NCBI RefSeq assembly: GCF_004010195.1
Contig: NC_057753.1
Location: 14,649,366-14,700,361, forward strand
Reading direction: 5' to 3'
DNA: 50,996 nt
DNA from: Chiloscyllium plagiosum
Lineage: Eukaryota
A program made the translations under genes and the position numbers. Positions within the stretch are counted from its first letter, which is position 1. The number at the start of each line of letters is the position of its first letter. Shown here one piece after another: positions 1 to 12,000 of the stretch. The notes under the pieces were generated by a model that had not been told where the DNA came from, made no database searches, and was given only the letters and a program-made list of their open reading frames with translations.

Positions 1-25
1 GGGACAAAGTTAACCGTGGTGCCAA
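1..25 (+). CDS. TRAJ: J0, family-B J segment cut by the window edge (...GTKLTVVP)
   Basis: GGGACAAAGTTAACCGTGGTGCCAA|GTAGGT. Confidence 0.8.
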
Positions 26-182
26 GTAGGTATTCAGAAACACCTCTATACTGTTGATGTCTATTATACGAGCGTCTTGTGTGTATAATTTCCTCTTTGT
101 AAAGCATCCACTGAGATCTCCACAGATGAAATTCATGTTGAATATCAAGCGTTTCCTGCCCCTTTGCTTTATAGAGTATAGA

Positions 183-208
183 GGAGAAAGTGAGGACTGC
201 AGATGCTG
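183..208. mobile_element. 26-bp truncated Penelope-like terminal fragment with 9-bp target-site duplication
   Basis: GGAGAAAGTGAGGACTGCAGATGCTG flanked by GAGTATAGA at 174-182 and 209-217; same sequence as the start of the 34204 insert. Confidence 0.7.
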
Positions 209-934
209 GAGTATAGACGCTACAGTGTCTGAGGCGATTAGTCTGTGTGGACTGAAATGAGGATTGCCTGGAGTTCATGGATGAAGGGGAATGGTTCAGG
301 GGGAAACGCAGGATAGAATCGGAGAGCTCAGGCAAGTGAGTTATCAAAGCAGTATCACTATCTAGTTTGAAAGAGCAAGTTGCTTCCACTGGGATGATTT
401 CAATTGACATTATCCTGATCTTCTCATTAATTCCTGAGTGCCAAGTTGATGTGTGTGAGTTCTGTCAATATGAACTGATGCCTGGACATCTCTGAGTATC
501 CCAGGTCCACACTTGTCCAGGTCACACTCAACACACTGAGATATGATTCATTAACCTGGCACTTTGATAGATTGGGGCCAGAGAGGAAGAGAGTGAGGAG
601 AGTGTCTCTGTGTTCAATGGAGGGACGCTACCTTAGATTGTTAACAGCAAATCTCACAGACTAATAACCGACTCTCGGAGTTTGGGTCAGACGGTGTGTG
701 AATATTGCGAAAGGGAAGGTAATTTTTGGAGGTCAGTCATGATTGAGGCTGGAGCACAGTGAGTGTTGGGTTCTGAGTGGACGACTTCAGGAAACTAACT
801 CCAACTCACGAAAATTGACTCTCATGAGTAACGTACATAACATGTGTGTCGTTTCATCCAAATGTTATTGGTGGGAGAGGGAAATAACAGTCACTAACTG
901 GGAGAGGGTTTTTGTCAGGAAGTGTAGGGTTTTT

Positions 935-993
935 TAAAAATAGCAGCGACAAGCTTATCTTTGGTGGTGGGACCAGACTGATTGTGGAGCCAA
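935..993 (+). pseudogene. TRAJ: J1, family A, KNSSDKLIFGGGTRLIVEP, heptamer destroyed
   Basis: Nonamer 907-915, 12 spacer, heptamer position reads GGTTTTT; donor GTCAGT. Confidence 0.8.
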
Positions 994-1364
994 GTCAGTG
1001 TTGGGGATTTTCACAGAATAATGTCCATGGGCTTGTGTTGGATAGTGACCACGAGTAGGTCAGCAGAGATAATAATTCCCCAGACCACAGATACGGTACA
1101 GCAAGGGATACCGTACTCAGGGTAAAATCCCCAGATTATCGGTGGGACTGACCCACCAGGCTCTCTGCTCTGAGTCAGGATCAAGATAATCCTTTTCTTT
1201 AGAAAAACAGATTCACATCAGTGCTCCTTTAGAAAATACTTCCACATTGTTAGTGTCTGTATCACAGCATTGAAAAATGGCATAGCATGTGCCCCAAGTG
1301 TACCCATCAGAGAATAAAGATCACTCCGCTGGGGTGGGTTTTTGCTGGGGGACGCAGTGCTGTG

Positions 1365-1430
1365 TGAATGCTGGAGGTGCTGCATATAAGCTTATCTTTG
1401 GAAAGGGGACAAAGTTAACCGTGGAACCAA
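1365..1430 (+). pseudogene. TRAJ: J2, family B, NAGGAAYKLIFGKGTKLTVEP, canonical donor lost
   Basis: RSS 1337-1364 intact; CCAA|TAGGTG lacks the G of GT. Confidence 0.75.
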
Positions 1431-1809
1431 TAGGTGTTCGGAAGCAATTCGACACTGCTTGTGTCTACTATGTTAGGGTGTTTTTTTACAAAGCATCTGC
1501 AGAGATCTCACATGTGAAATTCACCTTCAATATCAGACAGTTTCTGTCTCTTTGCTTCTTAGAGAACAGGTCTTACGACGTCTGTGGCAATTGGCCTGTG
1601 TGGATTGAAGTAGGACTTTTTCTGAGTTCCTGGGTGAGTGGGAAGGGTTTAGGGCAGACCCGGGATAGAATTGGATTGCGAAGTGGAGCAGTTCCACAAA
1701 GCAGCAGCCGTCCATTTGGACTGAGAAAGCTGCTTCCAGAGAGTACATTATTTCAATAGAACTTGTCTGGAGGTTCTCATTAATACCTGAGCTCCAAATT
1801 GATGCGTGT

Positions 1810-2570
1810 CATAGCCATAGAGTCATAGAGATATACAGCTTGGAAACAGACCCTTCAGTCCAAATTGTCCATGCTGACCAGATATCCCAACCCAATCTCA
1901 TCCCACCTGCCAGCACCCAGCCCATATCCCTCCAAACCCTTCCCATTCCTGTGCCCATCCAGATGCCTCTTAAATGTTGCAATTGTACCAGCCTCCACCA
2001 CTTCCTCTGGCAGCTCATTCCATCCACGTACCACCCTCTGCGTGAAGAACTTGCCCCTTAGGTCTCTTTTAGATCTTTCCCCTCTCACCCTAAACCTATG
2101 TCCTCTAGTTCTGGACTCCCCCACCCCAGGGAAGTGACTTATCCTATCCATGTCCCTCATGATTTTATAAACCTCTATAAGGTCACTCCTCAGCCTCCGA
2201 ATCTCCAGGGAAACCAGCCCCAACCTGTTCAACCTCTCCCTGTGGCTCAAATCCTCCAACCCTGGCAGCATCCTTGTGAATCTTTTCTGAACCCTTTCAA
2301 GTTTCACAACATCTTTCCGAAAGGAAGGAGACCAGAATTGCACGCAATATTCCAACAGTGGCCCTAACCAATGTCCTGTACAGCCGCAACATGACCTCCC
2401 ACCTCCTGTACTCAATACTCTGACCGATAAAGGAAAGCATACCAAACGCCGCCTTCACTATCCTATCTACCTGCGACTCCACTTTCATGGAGCTATGAAC
2501 CTGCACTCCAAGGTCTCTTTGTTCAGCAGCACTCCCTAGGACCTTACCATTAAGTGTATAAGTCCTGCCC
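1810..2570 (-). mobile_element. CR1/HER1-type LINE, 3' fragment (RT C-terminus + 3' UTR)
   Basis: ORF 1855-2445(-) PLLEYCVQFWSP...LERVQKRFTRMLPGL is a typical CR1 ORF2 end; interrupts the cassette spacer. Confidence 0.9.
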
Positions 2571-3044
2571 TGATTTCTCTAAATATCAATAGAGGCCTTA
2601 AAATCGCCTTTTTGAAATATCCGTGTGTCCCAGGTCTGCCCTTGTCCAGGCCACAATCAAACCTGAGATATGGTTCATTAATGGGGTTAGCTGGATAGAG
2701 GGAGCCAGGAAGAGAGTGAGGAGAGCCTATCTTTGTTAAATGGATACACTCTACCTTGGATTGCAACAGTAAATCTCACAGAATAAGAACTGACTCTGGT
2801 GGTTTGTGTGTGAATATTGTGAGGAGGAAGCCAGTTTTTGGAAGTTGACCATGAATTATTATGAAATCCAGTGAGTGGTAGTTTTTTTTTAAAATGTACA
2901 TCTTTAGGTAACTGATTCCAATTGATGAAGGGAATGTCATATGTAATGTGCGTAAAATGGGTGCTGTCTGCTTGAAGCAGCATCGATGGTCCAAAGAACA
3001 GACACTAAATGGGAAGGGTTTTTGTTAGGCAGTGTAAGGGTGTG

Positions 3045-3104
3045 TGAATGATGGCACCTACAAGCTTATCTTCGGAGGTGGGACCAGACTGATAGTGGAG
3101 CCAA
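3045..3104 (+). CDS. TRAJ: J3, family A, NDGTYKLIFGGGTRLIVEP
   Basis: RSS 3017-3044 (heptamer GGGTGTG); donor GTAAGT. Confidence 0.85.
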
Positions 3105-3460
3105 GTAAGTGTTGGGGATTGTCACAGAATAATATCCATGGGCTTGTGTTGGATAGTGATCACGGGTAGGTCAGCAGAGATAATAATACCCCAGACCACA
3201 GGTAAGGTACAGCAAGGGATATCATACTTGGGGTAACATCCCCAGATTATCTGTGGGAATGACACACCAGGAGCTCAGCTCTGAGTTGGGAAAAAGCAGA
3301 TAGTCCCGATTTCACATCAACGCTGGATTCGAAAATGCTTACAGAGAGTTAGTGTCTGTATCACAGCACTGCAGAAATGGCATGGAGTGTGCCCAAGTGT
3401 ACCCACCAGAGAATAAAGATGGCACTGGGGTGGGTTTTTGTTGAGGGGCGCAGTGCTGTG

Positions 3461-3520
3461 TGAATGTTGGAGGTACTAAGCTTACCTTTGGAGAGGGGAC
3501 AAAGTTAACTGTGGAACTAA
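3461..3520 (+). CDS. TRAJ: J4, family B, NVGGTKLTFGEGTKLTVEL
   Basis: RSS 3433-3460; donor GTAGGT. Confidence 0.88.
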
Positions 3521-4396
3521 GTAGGTATTCACTAACACTATCACACATCTCACGTATATTGTGGGAGTTGGTGTGTATGTGTATTTTGTTTTCAGTATAA
3601 AGCATCCACTGAGGTCTCCCGACTCGAAATTTATCTTGAATATGGTCTGTTTCTGTGTCTTTGCTTTGTAGAGTATAGACGCTACATTTTCTGAGGTGAT
3701 TAGCCTGTGTGGATTGAAATGGGAATCTTCCTGAGTACCTGGATCAGGGGGAAAGGTTCAGGGGAAACCCAGGATAGAATTAGAGACACCGATAAGCCCC
3801 TCAAAGCAGCCAGTCGGACAGAGGAAGCTGCTTCCACGGCGTGCATTATTTTAATAGAAATTACCATGATGTTCTCATTCATTCCTGAGCACCAAGGCGC
3901 ATGCATGTGATTTCTGTAAATCCGGAATGACGCCCGGAAATCTCCGTGTGTCCCAGGTCCACACTTGTCCAGGGCACACTCAAACCATTCAGCTAAATTT
4001 TTAGCAGTGTTATCAGATAGACAGTGGGGTCCAGAGAGGGAAGGAGGGAGTCAGGGGAGTCTATTCGTGTTAAGTGAATCAGCTATACCTTATGTTGGAA
4101 CAGTAAATTTCACAGAATGATCACTGACTCTGGGAGTTTGGGTCAGACTGCTTAAGGATGTGTGCGACTGTTACGAGTGGGAATTTTAGGAAGGCAGTCA
4201 TAATTGAGAGTGGGATCCAAGGGATGTTGTGTTCCATGTGGATAAATTTAAAAAAAAATACGATTCGAACTCGTGTAAGCAAAGTCTTAAGGAATTAACG
4301 TGAAATGGGTGCCATCTGGTTGAAATTGCTTTGGTGTACAGACAGAGAACAGTCACTAACTGGGAGAGAGTTTTTGTCAGGAAGCGTAAGGATGTG

Positions 4397-4453
4397 TGAA
4401 TGCTAACAGCAAGCCTATCTTCGGAGGTGGGACCAGACTGATAGTGGAGCCAA
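4397..4453 (+). CDS. TRAJ: J5, family A, NANSKPIFGGGTRLIVEP
   Basis: RSS 4369-4396 (heptamer GGATGTG); donor GTAAGT. Confidence 0.85.
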
Positions 4454-4822
4454 GTAAGTGTTGGGGATTGTCACAGAATAATGTCCACAGACTTTGTGTT
4501 GGATAGCGAAAACGAGTAGGTCAGCAGAGATAATAATTCCCCAGACCACAGGTATGGTACAGCAAGGGATACCGTACCTAGGGTAACGTCCCCCAGATGG
4601 TGGGGCTGACACACCAGGAGCTCTGCTCTGTGTTGGCATCAGGAGAACCTGATTTATATATTAACAAAACAGGCCCTAATTCACTGTTTTAGAAATTAAT
4701 TGCACAGGGTTAGCGTTTGTGGGACAGCTTTAAAGAATGGTATGGCATGTACCCACTAGAGATTAAAGACGGTAATGATCACTCCACTAGGGTGGGATTT
4801 TGCTGAGGGGCGCAGCGCTGTG

Positions 4823-4885
4823 TGAATGTTGGAGCTGGTAATAAGCGTATCTTTGGAGAGGGGACAGAGTTAACCGTGGAAGCAA
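4823..4885 (+). CDS. TRAJ: J6, family B, NVGAGNKRIFGEGTELTVEA
   Basis: RSS 4795-4822 (GGATTTTGC / CGCTGTG); donor GTAGGT. Confidence 0.85.
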
Positions 4886-5675
4886 GTAGGTATTCAGTAA
4901 TACCTTTACACTGCTTATGTACATTATGTGAGTGCGTATCTCTGCAAAAAGCACCTCGACGTAGATTATGCCTCTTTGTTGTACAGAGTGTAGACCCTAC
5001 AATGTCTGAGGTCATTAGCCTGTGCGGACTGAAATGGTAATCCTCGCGAGTACCTGGATCGGGGGAAAAGTTCAGGACAAACCCAGGATAGAGTTAGGTA
5101 GTGAAACCTAGGTGGCTCGTCAAAGCAGGAACACTGTCCAGTTGGATAAAGAAAGCTGATCCCGCAGAGTACATGTTACAATAGAAATTATTGTGGGGTT
5201 CTCATTAATTCCTGAGCAGCAAATCGATGCGTGTGGTATCTGTAAATAGACAACAGTAGAAATCCCCAGGTCTGCCCTTGTCCAGGCCACACTCAAACCA
5301 CTGAGATATGATTCATTAATGTCGTTAGGGGGATAAAGGAAGCCAGAGAGGGAGGAGAGTCTATCTGTGTTAAAGGCATACACTCTCCCTTAGACTGCAA
5401 CAGTATATCTCACAGAATAATAACTGACTCTGGGAGACTGTTTAGGAACGTGTGTGTATATTGTGAATGGGAAGCAATCTTTTGGTATTCAATCCTGATT
5501 GAGTATGGAATCCACTAAGCGTTTAATTCTGAGTGGACAGCTTTAGGAAACTGATTCCAACTCATGAAAATAATGTCTTGATCAATGTATGTAAAATGGT
5601 GTACCCATCAGAGAATAAAGATGGTAATGATCACTCCTCTGGGGTGGGTTTTTTGCTGAGGGGCGCAGTGCTGTG

Positions 5676-5738
5676 TGAATGATGGAGCTGGTTATAAGCG
5701 TATGTTTGGACAGGGGACAAAGTTAACCGTGGAGCCAA
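5676..5738 (+). CDS. TRAJ: J7, family B, NDGAGYKRMFGQGTKLTVEP
   Basis: RSS 5648-5675; donor GTAGGT. Confidence 0.88.
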
Positions 5739-6360
5739 GTAGGTATTCAGAAACACCCCGACACAGCTTATGTCTACTATGAGGGTTTGTGTGTGTCTCC
5801 TCTGTCTGTGCAAAGCATCCATTAAGATCTCCTCATCTCAAATTCATCCTGAATGTCAGTCAGTTTCTGCCATTTTGCTTGATAGAGCATAGACCCTACA
5901 ATGTCTGAGGCGATTAGTCTGTGTGGACTGAAGTGGGAATCTTCCTGAGTACCTGGATCAGGGGGAATAATTCAGGGGAAACCCAGGATAGATAGCGAAG
6001 CTGAGAGGCAACTCAAAGCAGGAACACCGTCCAGCTGGATAGAGAAATCTCATACATTCATTGAAAAGAAATTATCGTGATGTTCTTAGGTAGAGCAGAG
6101 TAACATCCCCAGATTAGCGGTGCGGCTGACTCACCAGGCACCCTGCTTTGAGTTGGGAATGGAAGATTTTTTTTCTATTCAACATAAAAAGCCTTAATTC
6201 ACATCATCACTTGTTTAGAAAGTACTTCCACGGGTTTAGGGCCTTAAACACAATATTGAAGATTGGCATAGCGTGTGCCCCAAGTATACCCACCTGAGAA
6301 TACAGATGGTAATGAACGCTCCCACTGGGGTGGGTTTTTGCTGAGGGGCGCAGTGCTGTG

Positions 6361-6423
6361 TGAATGCTGGAGGTGCTACTAAGCTCATCTTTGGAGAGGG
6401 GACAAAGTTAACGGTGGAGCCAA
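6361..6423 (+). CDS. TRAJ: J8, family B, NAGGATKLIFGEGTKLTVEP
   Basis: RSS 6333-6360; donor GTAGGT. Confidence 0.9.
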
Positions 6424-7109
6424 GTAGGTATTCAGTAACGCCTCCAGCCCGTCCACTTTCTGATCCATTTTTTTTTATGGTCCCTATCCTGCCTGCAACG
6501 GTCCTCTCGATTTTCCCACCAGTGTCTTGATTTTTTTTCTCTCTCTCTCTCTCTCTGAGGCGAGGGGGACTGGCTAAGACGTACAATACCAGGCGAGTCG
6601 GGATTGGAGGGGATCCTGTATGAGCTTTAGCGGGATATTTGAGGGGAATGGAATGAGAGAGTTGGATGAAGAGAGCAGCAGACTTGCACTGAGAGGCGTA
6701 AATACTGGAGCTGACCGGTCGGAGTGAGAGACCTCTTTCCATCGTGTGAGTTATTTTCATTATCCACCGCCTTTTGACAAATCCCTCGACATCTGAGAAA
6801 TATTAGAGGCAGGTGGTGATTTCCGCTGACGTTTAGCAATCCTCGATCTTTTCCCATCTCCATACCATTTCCTGTGGAGGAGACAGAGGACTAAGATGTT
6901 TCTCTTTTTTTTTTCCAATATGATTTGTACAGTTATGACATGTGGAAGAAATACTGTATTGGAGGCAGTTGAGTGGAGGGTGACTCAGTTGATGCCAGAC
7001 ATGAGTCGGTTTTGTCTTAAGGTGGGAGACAGACTGGATTCGGCCCAATGGTGGTGGCATTGAATAATAAGATAAACTCTCAGTGATGTTAAAGGGGGGG
7101 GGGGGGGGG

Positions 7110-7127
7110 NNNNNNNNNNNNNNNNNN
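7110..7127. other. Assembly gap (18 N) next to a poly-G run
   Basis: Run of n. Confidence 1.
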
Positions 7128-7420
7128 GGTTATAGTTCCAGGATAAGGGGAAACGCAACTCGGAAGCAGAGACTGGGAGTAATGACTTCCCTCAAAGGGT
7201 GAATCTGTGGAACTCACTCCCCCCCCCCCCCCCTCTCCCCGGAGTGTGTTAGGTGCTGGGACGTAAAACAAATGTAACGCTGGACAGATTCTGGAACAGG
7301 AGGGTGATGGGGACATGGCAGGGAGAGCGGAGTTATGGCCTGGATGAAATTCGGCACAAACGCATGGAATGCAGGAGCAGGTGTGAGGGGCTGAATGGCC
7401 TCCTACTGCTCCTATGTTCT
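7128..7420 (+). mobile_element. Old CR1-type LINE 3' end fragment
   Basis: GTGAATCTGTGGAACTCACT...GGGCTGAATGGCCTCCTACTGCTCCTATGTTCT resembles a CR1 3' end; paralogous copy at ~20640-21020. Confidence 0.6.
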
Positions 7421-7466
7421 GTGTACCCACATCGGCTGGGTTTTTATGAAGGCCTGTCAGGCTGTG

Positions 7467-7529
7467 TGAACTATGGAGCTGGTACTCAGCTTATCTTTGG
7501 AGAGGGGACAAAGTTAACCATGGAGCCAA
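7467..7529 (+). CDS. TRAJ: J9, family-B-like, NYGAGTQLIFGEGTKLTMEP
   Basis: Distinct RSS 7439-7466 (GGTTTTTAT-gaaggcctgtca-GGCTGTG); donor GTAAGT. Confidence 0.85.
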
Positions 7530-7707
7530 GTAAGTATTCAGCAACAGCTTTCCCCGGCTTATACTTGTTACAGGAGTTGGCATTTTTTCAGCACAAAGAA
7601 GTCCTCAAGTGAAATTCATCTCTAATATCAGACTGTCTCTGCCCCTTTGCTGTGTAGAGTGCATTCCCTACAACGTCTGAGTCGATTAGCCTGTGTGGAT
7701 TGAAGTG

Positions 7708-8036
7708 TACAATGTTAAAAATCACACAACACCAGGCTATAGTCCGACAGGTTTAATTGGAAGCGCTAGCTATCGGGGCGCCGCTCCGTCATCAGGTGGC
7801 ATATATTGAAAGAGACCGGATTGTTAGTTAACTTTCAATATATCATTTCAGTTCTATCACACCGTAAACTTTTGCTATAAATTCTGTGTCTTAAAATCTT
7901 ATTCTCCACTGCCACCTGATGAAGGAGCGGTGCCCCGATAGCTAGCGCTTCCAGTTAAACCTGTCGGACTATAACCTGGTGTTGGGTGATTTTTAACTTT
8001 GTCCACCCTAGTTCAACACCGGCATCTCCAAAATCA
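7708..8036. mobile_element. Penelope-like insert with ~93-bp inverted arms and 12-bp TSD
   Basis: Arms 7708-7800 and 7911-8002 are reverse complements; TGGATTGAAGTG at 7696-7707 and 8037-8048; each arm holds a hammerhead-like core. Confidence 0.8.
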
Positions 8037-8717
8037 TGGATTGAAGTGGGAATCTTTCTGAGCTCCTGAATCGGGGGAAAGGTGCAGGGGAAATCAAGTT
8101 TAGAATTAGATAGTCAAACAGAGAGGCTCCACAAAACAGGAATACTGTCCGGTTGGAGACAGAAACCTGCACCAGCAGAGTACACTATTTCCCTAGAAAT
8201 GATCATGAATTCCTCATCCAATTCCTGAGCACCAAATCAATGCACGTGATTTCTGTAAATGTGAACTGGGCAATTAGAAATATCCAGGTCCTCCCTTGTC
8301 CAGGTCATTCTCAAACTACTAAGGTATGATTGATTAATGCCGTTCTATAAATAGAAGAGGCCAGAGAGGGAGAGAGGGTGGAGAGTCTATCTCTGTTAAA
8401 TGGAGAGACTTTACCTTCGGTTACAACAGTAAATCTGACAGAGTAAACAGCTGACTGGGTCAGGCTGTTGCAGGCTGAGTGTGTACTTTGCGAAGAGGGA
8501 AGCTAATTTTTGGAAGTGGGTTGTGATTGAGGACGTAACCCAGTGAGAGTTGGATTCTGAATGGACAACTTTAGGACCAATAATTCCAACTCATCAAAGC
8601 AATCCATTAGTACTGTACGGAAAATGGGTGCCATCCCAGGGAGACATCACAATGGTGGGGCAGACAAAGACCACCAGTAATTCGGAAAGGGATTTTGTCA
8701 GGACGTCTAGGGCTGCA

Positions 8718-8748
8718 TGAAACAGGCTTTTCTTCGGAGGTGGGACCA
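8718..8748 (+). pseudogene. TRAJ: J10, family-A relic (..LFFGGGT), 3' half and donor deleted
   Basis: Degenerate RSS 8690-8717 (heptamer GGCTGCA); joined directly to downstream spacer sequence. Confidence 0.75.
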
Positions 8749-8995
8749 TTGGTGGGACTGATACACCAGGCACTGCTCTGAGTTGGGACCAGGAAGACAT
8801 TTATTTCATAAACAGCAGATAGGCTCTAATTGACATCCATGCTGCTTTAGGAAGTATTTCGATAGGGTTAGTGTCTGTGGGACAGCATTGAAGAATGGCA
8901 TAGCAGGTGCCCCAAGTGTAAGCACCAGAGAATAAACACCAGAGATAATGATCACACCATTGGGGTGGGTTTTTGCTGAGGGACACAGTGCTGTG

Positions 8996-9058
8996 TGAAT
9001 GCTGGAGTTGGTCATCAGCTTATCTTTGGAAAGGGGACAAAGTTAACCGTGGAAGCAA
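8996..9058 (+). CDS. TRAJ: J11, family B, NAGVGHQLIFGKGTKLTVEA
   Basis: RSS 8968-8995; donor GTAGGT. Confidence 0.9.
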
Positions 9059-9102
9059 GTAGGTATTCAGTAACACCTCTACACTGCTTACATCCATTAT
9101 AT

Positions 9103-9142
<40 letters not shown>

Positions 9143-10006
9143 TTTATGTCTGTAAAAAGAATCTGCTGAGATCTCCACGTGCGAAATTCAAACTGTGTGT
9201 GTGTGTGTGTGTGTGTGTATTTTATGTCTGTAAAAAGAATCTGCTGAGATCTCCACGTGCGAAATTCATCTTGAAAATGGGACGGTTTACGCCTCTTTGC
9301 TTTATAGAATGTAGACCCTACAATATCTGAGGGGATTCACATTGTGTGGATTGAAGTGGTAATCTTCCTGAGAACCTGGATAAAGGGGATATGATCAGGA
9401 GAATCCAATGATACAATTAGATAGCTCATCCAGGAGAGGATTCTCCAAGCAGGGACATTACAGGACATTATTTCTATAGAAATTATCGTGAGCTCCTTAC
9501 TACGTCTGGAGCACCAAAGCGATGTGTTGATTTCTTTAAATATGTCCTTGAAATCTCCATGGGTCCCAGGCCTGCCCTTGTCCAGGCTACACTCAAACCA
9601 CTGAGAGATGGTTCAATAATATGGTTAAGGGGATAGAGTAGGCCAGAGAGAGAGACAGAGAGAGAGTGAAGAGAGTCCATCTGTAACAAATGGAGAGACT
9701 CTACCATAGATTGTAACAACAAATGTCCCAGAATAATAACTGACTCTGGATGTTTGGGTCAGAAGGTTTTTAGAACGTGTGTGAATATTGTGAGAGAGAA
9801 ACAATTTTTGGAAGTCGTTTCCAAACCAGAAGGGACTGCACTGACTTTTGCTTCTGAGTGGACAGCTTCAGGAAACTGATCAGAACTCTTGAAAGCAATG
9901 TCATGGGTAATGTAAATGAAGTGGCTGCCTGGCTGCAATCACATTGGGGGGGGACAGACACAGAACTAACTCAGAGAGGGTTTTTGTCAGGAAGTGTCAG
10001 GCTGTG

Positions 10007-10063
10007 TGAGTGGTAACTTCAAGCTTATCTTCGGAGGTGGGACCAGACTGATAGTGGAGCCAA
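10007..10063 (+). CDS. TRAJ: J12, family A, SGNFKLIFGGGTRLIVEP
   Basis: RSS 9979-10006; donor GTAAGT. Confidence 0.9.
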
Positions 10064-10429
10064 GTAAGTGTTGGGGATTGTCACAGAATAACGCCCACGG
10101 GCTTGTGTTGGATAGCGACCATGAGTAGGTCAGCAGGGATAATAATTCCCCAGACTGTAGATACGGTACAGCATCCCCAGATTATCGGTGGGGCTGACCC
10201 ACCAGGAGCTCTGCCCTCAGTAGGGATCCAGAGAATCTTTATTTCAAAAACGGCAGTTCTGCTATAATTCACATCCATGCTGCTTTAGGAAGTATTTCGA
10301 TAGCGTTAGTGTCTGTGGGACAGCATTAAATAATGGCATAGTATGTGCCCCAAGTATATCCACCAGAGAATAAAGATGGTAATGATCACTCCACTGGGGT
10401 GGGTTTTTGCTGGGGGACGCAGTGCTGTG

Positions 10430-10492
10430 TGTATGCTGCAGCTGGTAATCTGCTTATCTTTGGAAAGGGGACAAAGTTAACCGTGGAGCCAA
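10430..10492 (+). CDS. TRAJ: J13, family B, YAAAGNLLIFGKGTKLTVEP
   Basis: RSS 10402-10429; donor GTAGGT. Confidence 0.9.
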
Positions 10493-11376
10493 GTAGGTAT
10501 TCAGAAAAAAAACCCTACACAGCTTATGTCTATTTTGTGACTGTGTATGTGAGTGAGAGAGAGTGTGTGTGAGACTCTGTGTGTGTGTGTGTCTGTCTGT
10601 CTGTCTGTGTTTTATCTCTCTACAGAGAATCTGCTGAGATCTCCACGTGTGAAATTCATCTTGAAAATGGGACGGTTTACAATGTAGACCCTACAATATC
10701 TGAGGGGATTCACATTGTGTGGATTGAAGTGGTAATCTTCCTGAATGTCTGTATAAAGAGGATATGATCAGGAGAATCCAATGATACAATTAGATAGCTC
10801 GTCCAGGAGAGAATTCTCCAAGCAGGGACATTGCAGGACATTATTTCTATAGAAATTATCGTGAGCTCCTTACTACGTCTGGAGCACCAAAGCGATGTGT
10901 TGATTTCTTTAAATATGAACTAAGTCCTTGAAATCTCCGTGGGTCCCTTGTCCAGGCTACACTCAAACGACTGAGAGATGGTTCAATAATATGGTTGGGG
11001 GATAGAGTAGGCCAGAGAGAGAGAGACAGAGAGAGAGTGAAGAGAGTCCATCTGTAACAAATGGAGAGACTCTACCGTAGATTGTAACAAGAAATGTCCC
11101 AGAATAATAACTGACTCTAGAATTTTGGGTCAGAAGGTTTTTAGAACGTGTGTGAATATTGTGAGAGAGAAACAATTTTTGGAAGTTGTTTCCAAGCCAG
11201 AAGGGACTGCACTGACTTTTGCTTCTGAGTGGACAGCTTCAGGAAACTGATCAGAACTCTTGAAAGCAATGTCATGGGTAATGTAAATGAAGTGGCTGCC
11301 TGGCTGCAATCACATTGGGGGGGACAGACACAGAACTAACTCAGAGAGGGTTTTTGTCAGGAAGTGTCGGGCTGTG

Positions 11377-11436
11377 TGAATACTGGCTACGACCAGCTTA
11401 TCTTCGGAGGTGGGACCAGACTGATAGTGGAGCCAA
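11377..11436 (+). CDS. TRAJ: J14, family A, NTGYDQLIFGGGTRLIVEP
   Basis: RSS 11349-11376; donor GTAAGT. Confidence 0.9.
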
Positions 11437-11812
11437 GTAAGTGTTGGGAGATTTTCACAGAATAATGTCCACGAACTTGTATTGGATAGCAACCACGAGT
11501 AGGTCAGTAGGGATAATAATTCTCCAGACCATAGATACAGTATAGCAAGGGATGCTGTACCCCCAGATTATCGGTGGGGCTGACCCACCAGGCTCTCTGC
11601 TCTGAGTCAGGATCAGGATAACATTTATTTAAAAAGAAAGATCAGCCCTAATTCACATCAGCGCTGGTTCAGAAAACACTTCCACAGGGTTAGTGTCTGT
11701 ATCACAGCATCGCAGAATGGCATAATGAGTACCCCAAGTGCACCACCAGAGAAGAAAGGTGGTAATGAACACTCCACTGGGGTGGGTTTTTGCTGAGGGA
11801 CGCAGTGCTGTG

Positions 11813-11875
11813 TGAATGCTGGAGTAGCTAATCAGCTTATCTTTGGAGAGGGGACAAAGTTAACCGTGAAACCGA
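11813..11875 (+). CDS. TRAJ: J15, family B, NAGVANQLIFGEGTKLTVKP
   Basis: RSS 11785-11812; donor GTAGGT. Confidence 0.9.
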
Positions 11876-12000
11876 GTAGGTATTCAGTAACATCTCTGCA
11901 CTCTTTATCGCTGGTGTGTGTGTGTCTGTGTGTGTGTGAGTGTGAGTGTGTGTGAGTGTGTGAGAGAGAGAGTATGTGTGTGAGAGAGAGAGAGAGAGAA

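Noticed and set aside
8984..8990. Opposite-orientation heptamer CACAGTG (CGCAGTG in other B copies) overlapping the RSS
   Set aside because: No nonamer 12 or 23 nt downstream, so there is no support for a bidirectional RSS or D segment
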